Shown piece after piece: positions 47,649-56,976 of a stretch of DNA of 64,000 nucleotides. Source of the stretch: a virus. Lineage: Duplodnaviria > Caudoviricetes. The position numbers and the translations under genes are program-made. Numbering within the stretch: the first letter of the stretch is position 1; every line of letters starts with the position of its first letter. The stretch spans positions 1-64,000 of the IMG/VR virus record IMGVR_UViG_3300042013_000067; one strand, written 5' to 3'. The notes under the pieces are model-generated. The model made no database searches. It had not been told where the DNA came from and saw nothing but the letters and a program-made list of their open reading frames with translations.

Positions 47649-48203
47649 GTGGAACAGTCTAAAGTTGAATTGAACCCAGAACTGCTGGGCGATGTCCTAC
47701 TGACCCCTTTTGCACCATGCATCACGCCTCGTGGCACGATGTTCCCTGATGCACCGAAGGCGCCTGAGTCAGCTCGGGCGGTTATCGAGATCAGTCCAGA
47801 GAACTTTACTGACGTATCCAAGTACTCGGTACGGATCAAAGTCCAAACTGATGCGGTGTACATGTTCTTGGGTCTGGATCGGATCAATACCGAGCACCTG
47901 CAACACAACACCGGCCAGATCTCTTATGGCTGGTCCACCGACGATCATTTGATGACCGTCACGTGTGATCTGGACAGTTACATTGTTGTAACGCGTGAAG
48001 CGCTGACCGGCAAGGTATTGCAGACGGCTGAGTACAGCTACGAACACAAACAACTTCAAGCACTGATTGGAGCGAAAACACCGGAAGGTGGTTTCGTGTT
48101 CACCGACCAACCCGGTGGTAACATCGTACGGCGTGAACCGAAAGTGCGTAAACCGATCCCTGCATTTAAGCTGTCGCAATACCCAGGCATCTCGCACAAG
48201 TAA
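47649..48203 (+). CDS. hypothetical protein
   Basis: 184 aa, AAGGA RBS, GTG start. Confidence 0.65.
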   Translation: MEQSKVELNPELLGDVLLTPFAPCITPRGTMFPDAPKAPESARAVIEISPENFTDVSKYSVRIKVQTDAVYMFLGLDRINTEHLQHNTGQISYGWSTDDHLMTVTCDLDSYIVVTREALTGKVLQTAEYSYEHKQLQALIGAKTPEGGFVFTDQPGGNIVRREPKVRKPIPAFKLSQYPGISHK

Positions 48204-48212
48204 CTGCCACAC

Positions 48213-48251
48213 GGCATAAAGCCCCTCCCTTAACCGGGAGGGGCCTATGTC
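48213..48251. terminator. CATA-hairpin-TATG element between convergent genes
   Basis: GGCATAAA-GCCCCTCCC-TTAACC-GGGAGGGGC-CTATGTC. Confidence 0.7.
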
Positions 48252-48261
48252 GCTTTTTCTT

Positions 48262-48783
48262 TTATATCCCCTGACCATTAGTTTGCTTGGCCAGTTCTCG
48301 TGCGGCTTGATCGGCAGCAGTATCCCGCTGTCGAATCGCATCTTCAGCCATTTCAATGACAAACATGGCGATCGGATACGGTAGATTCCAGAACTCAGTC
48401 AGTGAATAACCTTGTTCATAAATCCGGTAGGTGTGATAACGACGCACCAGACTAATCATGGGTCCGCCTTCCCATGTGTTCTCCTTAGGATGGAGAGCCA
48501 TTAGGGCCATTGGACGCATGGGGTCTGGGTTGTGGACATGGTCGTAGATACCATAGTCTGTTTGATAAGCCATCAAGCTGAGCTGAGCCGCAGCTGTTGG
48601 TCTTACAGCCGGGGAAGTGCGCAACAGTTCATCAATAAGCCCATGTTGCTGGGCTTGCTTTAAACCGAATGTTTTAAACAGGACATGCCCGTTAGGGTCG
48701 TCATCGTCAAGCGTTAAACGACTATAACGGGAGTCCGTGTTTATTACAGAATACGGTTGAGCTTCCGGCTTGCCAATCTGAAA
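48262..48783 (-). CDS. gpT/gp51-like tail or baseplate-hub chaperone C-terminal ORF, probably reached by -1 frameshift
   Basis: frame open 48798-48262 with no ATG/GTG/TTG until 48624; C-terminal YSLTEFWNLP...IEMAEDAIR motif. Confidence 0.55.
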   Translation of the reverse strand, partial: FQIGKPEAQPYSVINTDSRYSRLTLDDDDPNGHVLFKTFGLKQAQQHGLIDELLRTSPAVRPTAAAQLSLMAYQTDYGIYDHVHNPDPMRPMALMALHPKENTWEGGPMISLVRRYHTYRIYEQGYSLTEFWNLPYPIAMFVIEMAEDAIRQRDTAADQAARELAKQTNGQGI

Positions 48784-50411
48784 AACTCCGCCAGTGGGTC
48801 AACCGGTACCAGGTTCTCGAAACGTTGCTTGAACTTGGTGGCTGCTGGCGAATCGCAAACTGGGCAATTGTAAGAATTGATTGCTGGCATGGCTACCAGA
48901 CTGTCATCGATATACTTCTCGACGGCAGCGTTGAATTCTTCGACGAGATCGTCGGAAGAGTAGATGTCCGAAAGAGTTTCAGCGATGAAGCTCTTGTCTT
49001 CAGAAAGGATACGGTAACCTTCTGGAGTAGTGTCGTCAAAATCGACGATCGCTTTAACCCAGTGTGCGTATTCACGTGCTGCAGTGGACTCAGCCAGCTG
49101 TTCGATGAACGCGCTGCGGTTACGGCCTTCTGGTGGTTCGTTGAAAGCACCCTGCGACATTTCGATGATGCCGCTGAGCCAACTACGACCCAGATCTTCA
49201 TGGTCATACACGTTCGGGCAACCGAACATGAAACCAAATGCCCCGACACGCTCTACACGACTGCGACCATGGACGTGGTGGCTGGCGTACGTGGTGAGTT
49301 CTTCTTTGGTCCGTGGAGCACGGGCGTCGATACGGAAGGACATATGACGTTTCTGCCACGGCGTCAGACCGTTGGTATCCACCCACCACATGTTGACCAC
49401 TTGGAAGAGGTCTTTAGCGATGTGGTTGCATTTACCGATGTCGGCGATGCATGGGTTAGCGTAGGTATAGCCACCTGGATACAGTGTCGCCGCCAGACCC
49501 AAGAGCACCCCTGGAATATCGCGGGTATCGATCAACGGTTTAAGATCCGTTGGTGTCGAGAACGCCACGTTGGCATTGGTTACGTGTTGCAATGCAAAGT
49601 CGACCACGATGGTCTTGATGTAGTGCGCGACGTTAGAGAAGGCCAGACCACGAGTTTCCGAACCCACTGTGAGCTTGACGTTAGCCACGTCTTGGTTCAT
49701 AGCAGTCAGTTCGACCAGCGATGGCGCTTTGAAGCGCAGCCAGATACCCGAGTGCCACAGTGGCAGGTCCACGGTACCACCCACACCCGACTTACGGGTT
49801 ACGTAAGACTTGAGTTCTTCTAGGGTGTACTTACCATCCGGGTCCAGTCTTTGAACCGGGATACCGCCACCGATCACCGAACCTTCGTGGGCAATGGTCT
49901 GTGACCAGTGTGAATCATCGCGAGCCAAGGTATTACGGTGACGATCCGAGTCGTCAGCGATGCCATTAGACAACGCGCCTAACAACAGGCGTAGGTGAGG
50001 GTCACCGACGTTATCAGGGATGCTGTCAGTCTTACGACCCAGCGTTGTGATCAGGCGGTTCTCACTACCCAACATGCGCTCCATCACCGCGGCGCTATGT
50101 TCCAGCGCTTGCTTCACTACATCCACGGATTCACGCAGGATAGCGATGCATTCGCTCAGCGGTGGCGGTTCTTTACCTTCTGGCAGTGGCTTGGTCACCG
50201 GACGTGTTTCGGTGAACACGTGCTTGTCCGCCGTTGGAGTAAATGGTTCTACTGCAGGCAGTGGTTCATCAGGAGCATCCTGTGGTCCAGTAGGTGCTGC
50301 CACCTCCGGCTCAGGCAATGGGACGCCTTGTTGCTCATCAGCACTCGCCCGTCCAACCGTCTCACCGAGTGCACCCTGCTCATTGCTGTTTGGTTCTTCA
50401 GGCGGTAGCAT
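48744..50411 (-). CDS. conserved Chimalliviridae protein (phiKZ gp77 region), gp26/gpG-like chaperone candidate
   Basis: 555 aa; acidic N-terminus; C...C and CPVC zinc-type motifs near the C-terminus. Confidence 0.65.
   Translation of the reverse strand: MLPPEEPNSNEQGALGETVGRASADEQQGVPLPEPEVAAPTGPQDAPDEPLPAVEPFTPTADKHVFTETRPVTKPLPEGKEPPPLSECIAILRESVDVVKQALEHSAAVMERMLGSENRLITTLGRKTDSIPDNVGDPHLRLLLGALSNGIADDSDRHRNTLARDDSHWSQTIAHEGSVIGGGIPVQRLDPDGKYTLEELKSYVTRKSGVGGTVDLPLWHSGIWLRFKAPSLVELTAMNQDVANVKLTVGSETRGLAFSNVAHYIKTIVVDFALQHVTNANVAFSTPTDLKPLIDTRDIPGVLLGLAATLYPGGYTYANPCIADIGKCNHIAKDLFQVVNMWWVDTNGLTPWQKRHMSFRIDARAPRTKEELTTYASHHVHGRSRVERVGAFGFMFGCPNVYDHEDLGRSWLSGIIEMSQGAFNEPPEGRNRSAFIEQLAESTAAREYAHWVKAIVDFDDTTPEGYRILSEDKSFIAETLSDIYSSDDLVEEFNAAVEKYIDDSLVAMPAINSYNCPVCDSPAATKFKQRFENLVPVDPLAEFFRLASRKLNRIL
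48780..48786 (-). promoter_or_regulatory. candidate -1 slippery heptamer G_TTT_TTC
   Basis: GAG TTT TTC in frame of the 48744-50411 gene, 12 nt past the stop that opens the -1 frame. Confidence 0.45.
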
Positions 50412-50940
50412 CGACTTGTTTCTCCAGAATGCTTACGTATTCTTCTTCAACCGTTTTGGCCAGTGCCATCATCAACGGTTGGATACCGTCTTCGTAATGG
50501 GTGGCCAGCTTGTTGTAGCCATCAGCCAAGTCCAGAACGTCGGTTACTTCCGATGCTGCTGGCGCGCCAGTCTTGCCCTTGTGGAAGGCGTACAGACCCT
50601 GCAGGTTTTCGTTGTAGTTGCTGATGTCGACGCACAAGGTATTGAAACCCCGCTCGAACGCAGCTGGATCATTCAGGTGCTTCTTGATTTCAGGCAGCTC
50701 GTGCTTAACCGGAATCACCCAAGGACTGGTGTTGAGGATGAGGCCTGCGCAATTCTCATAAAGCTTGCCCAGGATATCGAAGCCCATATCGGACTTGAGT
50801 GCTTCATCGGCAGCGATAGCGCCCATTTCGGCGACCTGACCAGCGATGGCTTGTTGTTCGGCGACTGGCAGCAATGCGAAGTCTTCCAGTTTCTTTTGTT
50901 CCGGTACGACGATAGCGCTACCGTTGATCAGCTCGCTCAT
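50398..50940 (-). CDS. hypothetical protein
   Basis: 180 aa, AGGAG RBS. Confidence 0.65.
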   Translation of the reverse strand: MSELINGSAIVVPEQKKLEDFALLPVAEQQAIAGQVAEMGAIAADEALKSDMGFDILGKLYENCAGLILNTSPWVIPVKHELPEIKKHLNDPAAFERGFNTLCVDISNYNENLQGLYAFHKGKTGAPAASEVTDVLDLADGYNKLATHYEDGIQPLMMALAKTVEEEYVSILEKQVDATA

Positions 50941-51036
50941 CCTCTTCTCCTAAGGCGTATATGGACGATGACATATATATTGCTTAACTAGGTAAAAACC
51001 CACAGAGTTGCAAAACACTATGAGTAACTCTTTTCC

Positions 51037-51900
51037 GTGGAAGGTAATGACATGCAAGACATGTTCAAAGAACGTCTGAATTCCGTATTGCCTTTTGAGC
51101 AATTGGAACTGGGTGCCAATGTCCTTGGTCTATTTGAGGATGTTGGGTTCACATCGCCATTCGAACCGCTTCAAGAGATTATAGAGGTAGGTACTTCTAA
51201 TCTTTGTACTGAGCAGTATGTCTCTCGGGTACTGACTTTGTTGTCAGACAGCATGGACGATTACTTGCTGGCCTTTGGTGTAGAAGTTACTGAGTCGACA
51301 CCGTTGCAATTCAAATTTGATCTGGGCACCACCCTCGTCAAGATTCCTTTCTACTATCTACCTGTGGAAGTACTGAACATCATTGAAGCGTCTGGCGACC
51401 ATGAAGCCATTCTTGCCGATCTGATTCAACTGACCACAGGGGTTATCCCTGAGGAGTCGTTAGAATATCTGTGGCGTGTGAACGAAGCATTGGTGCCAAA
51501 GATCGCAGCTGAGATGCGTAAGGCACTCGAACTGGACGAAGCGACCAATGCGCTACAACGTCCCCCAGTCGATCGTAAGCGTATCTCCAGTATAAACCGC
51601 CTACTGCAAGATGCCCGTGCTAACGACCACCTGGGTTCGCTACGCGAGCTCCTAGAGGCCAAAGCGGCCATAGGTGCTCCTTACGAGGCGCTGGTGCAGC
51701 AATACGTGGAGTCGTTGTCATTAATGCCAGCGGATCATATGACCATTGAACTCCTCGGCTTAGCCTTGTTCAGCAATCTGCCTGCCGATGAATGGCTTAA
51801 GGCAACGCAGCAAGCGGCTGGTGAGTTCACGGATCTGTTATCCGACCATCGCAAGATCGAAGTCGTGTTGAACGACTATCGAAACTTCTTCGAGATGTGA
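51037..51900 (+). CDS. conserved Chimalliviridae protein (phiKZ gp79-like), probably virion
   Basis: 287 aa; synteny upstream of vRNAP subunit. Confidence 0.6.
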   Translation: MEGNDMQDMFKERLNSVLPFEQLELGANVLGLFEDVGFTSPFEPLQEIIEVGTSNLCTEQYVSRVLTLLSDSMDDYLLAFGVEVTESTPLQFKFDLGTTLVKIPFYYLPVEVLNIIEASGDHEAILADLIQLTTGVIPEESLEYLWRVNEALVPKIAAEMRKALELDEATNALQRPPVDRKRISSINRLLQDARANDHLGSLRELLEAKAAIGAPYEALVQQYVESLSLMPADHMTIELLGLALFSNLPADEWLKATQQAAGEFTDLLSDHRKIEVVLNDYRNFFEM

Positions 51901-53288
51901 GCATGAACAAGCGTGAGTTCTTTCTCAAGGGGCTACGCTCAGGTGCGTGTAAGAAACGTGCTTGGGTCATGGGGTGCTTCAGCTTCATCCTCAAGGATGG
52001 GCCACGACACCTCGCCCCCGATTACCCTTACCGCCTTTTTAAGGTGGGTGAGGACATGTATTTCATCGACCCGGAGCCGGCTAACCCAAGCCCTGCTACC
52101 GACCTGCTGCCTGCTAACCTGACCAAGATCGATGACTACATCCATGGCGAACCGATGTTCGAATGGCTGGAAGAGTTCGAACTACAGCCGGGGGATCTGG
52201 TAAACTTTGCTGGCACAAGCCCAATCGTCACCACACCGGGTAACGTGTTGGTGAACCACCTGTGTTTCTGTTTGCCGTTTGGGGACATCATCCCGTATCA
52301 AGACGCTTACATCAACGCAGGCAAGATCAACGACATCATCCTTGAACTGTTGGTCGATGACCCAGATCCGGATGACGGTGTGTCGCCACACCCCGATGGC
52401 AAGATCTACGTGCGTCAGATGTTGATGTACAACGAATACGCCTTGAGTCTCACCGCGTGGGCTGAAGATAACGTCACCCCGATTTCACCGAAGTCCCTCA
52501 CGGGTCACCCTGACCGTGAACGGGTCAAAGCGGAACTGATGGAGCAATACAAGGATCAGCTCGACGATCCTTCGATCATTGCCCGTATCGGTAACGTACT
52601 GGAAGAACTGGACATGGAGTATCTGAAGGACGATCCCGCCTTCAAGTTCTACATGTCGAAACGTGCGAAGCTGTTCAGCGGCTCTCGTAAGAAACAGTTC
52701 TACATGTTCGGTGGTGAAGACCCATTCGGCGATGGCACCTCGGTAACCTTTATCCCGCGTTCGCTGGAAGAAGGCATCGACATCAACAACCTGCCAACGA
52801 TGATCAACGCACAACGTGCGGGTTCCTTTAACCGTGGTTATCAGACGCGTCTGGGTGGTGAAGTAACCAAGACCATCTACCGGATGTTGGGTACGACTAA
52901 AATCGAACCAGGTGACTGCAAAGCCACCATCGGTATTCCGACCTATATCAACCCAAACTACCTCAAGCGTTTCACCGGTTTCTATTACGTGGAAAACGGC
53001 GTGACCATGCCCATCAACGATGAAGTGGTGGCACGTCTAGCGGGCAAGACCGTGGATCTACGTGATCCCATGGCCTGCAAGCAAGATGCTAACCGTAAAG
53101 ATGACGAACCCGGTAAGGGTAAGAACATCTGCTCCATCTGTGCAGGTGACGCCCTCTCGGAAATGCCCGAAGGTATCCCGGCCGCATCGGCAATGGTGGG
53201 TGGTCGCTTCCTTACACTCTTTTTAAAGAAAATGCATGCTAGCGCGCTAAAGACCACGAAGTGGGATTTCAGGCAGCATATACACTAG
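51897..53288 (+). CDS. virion RNA polymerase beta' subunit fragment (phiKZ gp80-like)
   Basis: RAGSFNRGYQT..GG, GDC, C...ICSICAG zinc site, FL..F.KKMH. Confidence 0.85.
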   Translation: MSMNKREFFLKGLRSGACKKRAWVMGCFSFILKDGPRHLAPDYPYRLFKVGEDMYFIDPEPANPSPATDLLPANLTKIDDYIHGEPMFEWLEEFELQPGDLVNFAGTSPIVTTPGNVLVNHLCFCLPFGDIIPYQDAYINAGKINDIILELLVDDPDPDDGVSPHPDGKIYVRQMLMYNEYALSLTAWAEDNVTPISPKSLTGHPDRERVKAELMEQYKDQLDDPSIIARIGNVLEELDMEYLKDDPAFKFYMSKRAKLFSGSRKKQFYMFGGEDPFGDGTSVTFIPRSLEEGIDINNLPTMINAQRAGSFNRGYQTRLGGEVTKTIYRMLGTTKIEPGDCKATIGIPTYINPNYLKRFTGFYYVENGVTMPINDEVVARLAGKTVDLRDPMACKQDANRKDDEPGKGKNICSICAGDALSEMPEGIPAASAMVGGRFLTLFLKKMHASALKTTKWDFRQHIH

Positions 53289-53384
53289 GTAATGTGATTC
53301 CTAGCTGTCTTTTGAATGACTGCAACATATCCACTGATCGGACCATGGTATGTGGTTCTCCTATTGATCCCCTGAGGACAAGTT

Positions 53385-54665
53385 ATGACTGATGAAAACC
53401 AGCAAGACCAACAGGCACAGGAGCAAGCCAATGCACCTGAACAAGAAAGCTTCGGCTCTACCCCAGCTGAGCTCTCGACTGAAGTCAAAGGCGCTGACTC
53501 TGACGCTACAGCTGCTGCCTCTGATAGCACCGCAGACCAGGCTGGTGAAACTGCTCCCGAAAGTGGTGCTGGCGGTTCAAGCGATCAGTCTGCTGCGCAA
53601 GAAGAAACCGACGTAGTGACTCTGGCTCGTGCCAAACACCAGGTCGATATGGTAGTCGGTGACGCCCTCGTACTCGAATACGTCAATGCCGTCGGCGATG
53701 TCAGCACTGACTACAACCTCGGCGCGTGGTCGACTGAACTGCTGTTGACCGTCCTGAAAGGTCTGATTCGTTTCCCTGAATCCGAACTCAAGAACCTGAT
53801 CGTGGTTCTGCGTCAGCGCATCGAGATCCCATCGGCCTGGGCCGACAAAGGCGTGATCGAATACCTGCGTGCCGGTGTGGAGCCAAAGCGCACCACTAAC
53901 GGTGTGTGGTTGGTTGACGTTACCCGTTCGGGTCGCGTACCTGCTGATTGGTCGACCGCTGAACTCGAAGCATGGGCTAAAGGCGAAATCCAAGCAGGTG
54001 GCAAGTCTCACGACAATGGCCTCGCGATCGAACTGAAGGCCCGTCTGGGTCTGAAGTGCGAAGACACGCCGAAGTCCGTGCGCAAAGCCTACAAGGCACT
54101 GTCGCCAGTCGACATCAAAGTCGTCGGCGCTGAAGCATCCACTCCGGTGGTTGTAGCAGCCGCTACCGACACCGATGAAACCGAACAGCTGCAACAAGCG
54201 AAAGCTGTTGTTGCTCAGATCGAAAAGGTAGAAGGTCTTACCAGCATGAACGTTGCATTCATCGATGACGGCTTGGCCAAATACATCGACGCCGTGAATC
54301 CACTGCGCCCGATTACTGAAACCGCCCAGCTCAAAGCGCAAAACGATCTGGACACACTGTTCCAGTACATCATCCTGCTGGAACCACAATCCATGGTTGC
54401 CGGTCTGGAGCGTCTGAAGGTCACCTTCAAGAAGCAGATGGAAGGCAACGGCGTGTTCAGCTTCAGCAACGTCTTCCGCTTCACGCATCTGATGCGTGAT
54501 GACAACAAGCGTCAGACGCGTCACGTGGGTTTGCTGGAACTGTTCCGCGTGTATTTCGCTGACGCCAAAGAAGCTCGTAAACAAGTTGACCTGCGTATCC
54601 TGCTGCAATATCAGGATGCACAGAAAGTCGACGTGTTGGCCGAGTACTTCACCCGCATCGCCTAA
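53385..54665 (+). CDS. conserved Chimalliviridae protein with acidic disordered N-terminus
   Basis: 426 aa; repeated WS..EL short motifs. Confidence 0.7.
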   Translation: MTDENQQDQQAQEQANAPEQESFGSTPAELSTEVKGADSDATAAASDSTADQAGETAPESGAGGSSDQSAAQEETDVVTLARAKHQVDMVVGDALVLEYVNAVGDVSTDYNLGAWSTELLLTVLKGLIRFPESELKNLIVVLRQRIEIPSAWADKGVIEYLRAGVEPKRTTNGVWLVDVTRSGRVPADWSTAELEAWAKGEIQAGGKSHDNGLAIELKARLGLKCEDTPKSVRKAYKALSPVDIKVVGAEASTPVVVAAATDTDETEQLQQAKAVVAQIEKVEGLTSMNVAFIDDGLAKYIDAVNPLRPITETAQLKAQNDLDTLFQYIILLEPQSMVAGLERLKVTFKKQMEGNGVFSFSNVFRFTHLMRDDNKRQTRHVGLLELFRVYFADAKEARKQVDLRILLQYQDAQKVDVLAEYFTRIA

Positions 54666-54668
54666 CGA

Positions 54669-54704
54669 CCATAGCCCCTCCCGTAATGGGAGGGGCTTTA
54701 TGCC
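54669..54704. terminator. CATA-hairpin-TATG element
   Basis: CCATA-GCCCCTCCC-GTAAT-GGGAGGGGC-TTTATGCC. Confidence 0.7.
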
Positions 54705-54797
54705 GCCTAACGGCTAAATCTATGTATCTACCAAAGAACCACCCCCTAACTAGGGTATTTTTATAACAACGCGTGACTTAGGAGTCAGGGAGCAACC

Positions 54798-56897
54798 ATG
54801 CTCGAACTGTTACTTAGCTTCGGACGGACCCTAGGTGCTAACGACAATACGGACATTCCATTTGCACCAGACACCCCATTCAAGGGTATCGTACCCTCGG
54901 CGTCTTTTATTACGGGTGATGCACTGGCCGCTCAAATCGGTCTGACTGCTGGTGATCCGCTTAACACCAATGCGGGTTGGTTACACTTTATCGAAGACAA
55001 CGGCCTAGAACTACTGATCGCCAAGAAGCCACTGCGCTACAACTTATCGTGGGAACAAGTCAATACCGCAATAAGTGGTGGGGCTAGGGAACTTACCATC
55101 AACGGCGACGTTTACATTTGCCGTAACATCACCGGTGCAATAACCACTACAGCCGCAGCAGTGCCGTCTAACGCCGGTGGTGAGTGGAACCGTTACATGT
55201 ACAACGTCTATGACCAAACTGATCGGTCCGGGATCCCTGAGGCGTTGCTCTGGGGTAATTACACTGAGGCTATGTTGGGCATCCCAACAACATCAGGTGG
55301 TAATGATCTCAGCAATGCTGCCTTCACCATGTGTTCGGAGACCCTTACTAACGGGTATTGCCTGCGTGGTAACGACTGGCAGAATTCCAGTGGTGGTCAC
55401 AACATCAAAGGCATCTGGAACATGCCGGCGAACAACCCACAGACGTACTACGGTTGGCGTCCGGTGTTGGTGAAGAAGTCGACACTACCATCTTCACCAT
55501 TTAAAGGTGAGGTATTGGCAGCGGATCTGATCACTGGTCCAGCGTTGGTCGCGGCAGTGGGTGTCACTACGGGTACAGCGTTTGGTAACGGGAGCCCGGA
55601 TTGGCTTAAGTTCGTAGACAATGGTAAGACATTCTACATCGCCAAGAAGCCATTGCGTACCGGTGTTACATGGGAGATCCTTAACGGTTTCGGTGCGGTA
55701 TTCGGAACCAAGGTTATCACTATCGGTGATAAGCAGTATCGGGTACGTCTGATGACAGGCGGTAACGCCGACCCTGCCAGCACTGGAGGTGGTGAATACA
55801 ACAACTACTTCTCACGTTGCACTACCTACTACACGGGTGCTGCTTCCGATCGCTTTGCCAACTACAGCGGTGCTGACGTAGGTTGGGCGGGTGGTACTAG
55901 CTCCGGTGAACTCTCCCTGATTCAAGAACATACCGGTTCGTCAGGTCCAGGGGCGCGTGGTTACCCAGGCTTCTTGGGTCTGTGGTATCAAGTTGCAAAC
56001 ACTACGCACTCGGGTTACGGATGGCGTCCAGTGTTGGAACTGATCGGTGATACACCGGTGTTGGTGGATACGTGGAGTCAGATCGCCACACTACCAGCTG
56101 GGGTCAACGGAGCCAGTGCTTGTGTGATTGCGGATAAGCTCTATGTCTACGGTGGTCAAGATGCATCCTTTGCCGTTAAGGGAGCCTTGTACGAAGTCAA
56201 TCTGTCTACGGGTGAGGTCATCACCAAAACAGCTGACATCCCACGTCGTTATCACGCCGCTGTAGCTATCGGTGGGAAGATGTATGTCTACGGTGGTTAC
56301 ACCACGGCATATGACGCAGCCGTACGGATCTATGATCCAGCTACTGATACCTGGAGTGCTGGTCTGGCTGGTATCGCAAGTGACCGTCATGGCTACGCGA
56401 TGTACAACAGCAAACTCTATGCATGGGGTGGTAACAACGGCACCACACTGAGTCAACTGAGAACATATACCCCAGCCGGCAACACTTGGGCTAACGTCAC
56501 CATTACTGGTGTAGCAGCGGCATCTGTTTACTTAGGTTCTGCTGATGTCTTCGGTAACTATGCCTACACACTCACAGGCTACAACAGCCCGAAACAATTC
56601 CGACAAGTCAACCTACTCACTAACGTGGGTGCCGCATTGCCTGACGCGCCACATGGTGTCTACGGTCATGCACACGGTTCGATGAAGAACGGTATCTACG
56701 TCTTCGGTGGTACAGTTGACACTGTTGACAAGGACAAGAGTGTACTGCGTTTCGACGTCAACACACTAGTCTGGAGTTACCACGGCACTATTCCGTACAC
56801 GATCGGTGAACGCGCAGCATCTGCTCAAGATGCCAGCAACATCTATCTGGCGGGTGGTGTAGGTGCTCCTACCGCAGTTTGGAAGTACACCCCGTAA
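54798..56897 (+). CDS. virion-type protein: two ~200-aa GWRPVL modules plus C-terminal six-bladed Kelch propeller
   Basis: modules end in YGWRPVL; six Kelch blades (KLYVYGG, KMYVYGG, KLYAWGG, YAYTLTG, IYVFGG, IYLAGG). Confidence 0.75.
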   Translation: MLELLLSFGRTLGANDNTDIPFAPDTPFKGIVPSASFITGDALAAQIGLTAGDPLNTNAGWLHFIEDNGLELLIAKKPLRYNLSWEQVNTAISGGARELTINGDVYICRNITGAITTTAAAVPSNAGGEWNRYMYNVYDQTDRSGIPEALLWGNYTEAMLGIPTTSGGNDLSNAAFTMCSETLTNGYCLRGNDWQNSSGGHNIKGIWNMPANNPQTYYGWRPVLVKKSTLPSSPFKGEVLAADLITGPALVAAVGVTTGTAFGNGSPDWLKFVDNGKTFYIAKKPLRTGVTWEILNGFGAVFGTKVITIGDKQYRVRLMTGGNADPASTGGGEYNNYFSRCTTYYTGAASDRFANYSGADVGWAGGTSSGELSLIQEHTGSSGPGARGYPGFLGLWYQVANTTHSGYGWRPVLELIGDTPVLVDTWSQIATLPAGVNGASACVIADKLYVYGGQDASFAVKGALYEVNLSTGEVITKTADIPRRYHAAVAIGGKMYVYGGYTTAYDAAVRIYDPATDTWSAGLAGIASDRHGYAMYNSKLYAWGGNNGTTLSQLRTYTPAGNTWANVTITGVAAASVYLGSADVFGNYAYTLTGYNSPKQFRQVNLLTNVGAALPDAPHGVYGHAHGSMKNGIYVFGGTVDTVDKDKSVLRFDVNTLVWSYHGTIPYTIGERAASAQDASNIYLAGGVGAPTAVWKYTP

Positions 56898-56898
56898 C

Positions 56899-56933
56899 GG
56901 CATAAGGCCCTCCCTAAACGGGGAGGGCTATGC
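56899..56933. terminator. CATA-hairpin-TATG element
   Basis: GGCATAAG-GCCCTCCC-TAAACG-GGGAGGGC-TATGC. Confidence 0.7.
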
Positions 56934-56976
56934 AATCGAACAGACTATAGTTAGGAAGTATGTAGGGGTACCAGTC

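Noticed and set aside
56863-56976. N-terminal extension of the second module gene
   Set aside because: Crosses the hairpin element; ATG 56977 mirrors the paralog start
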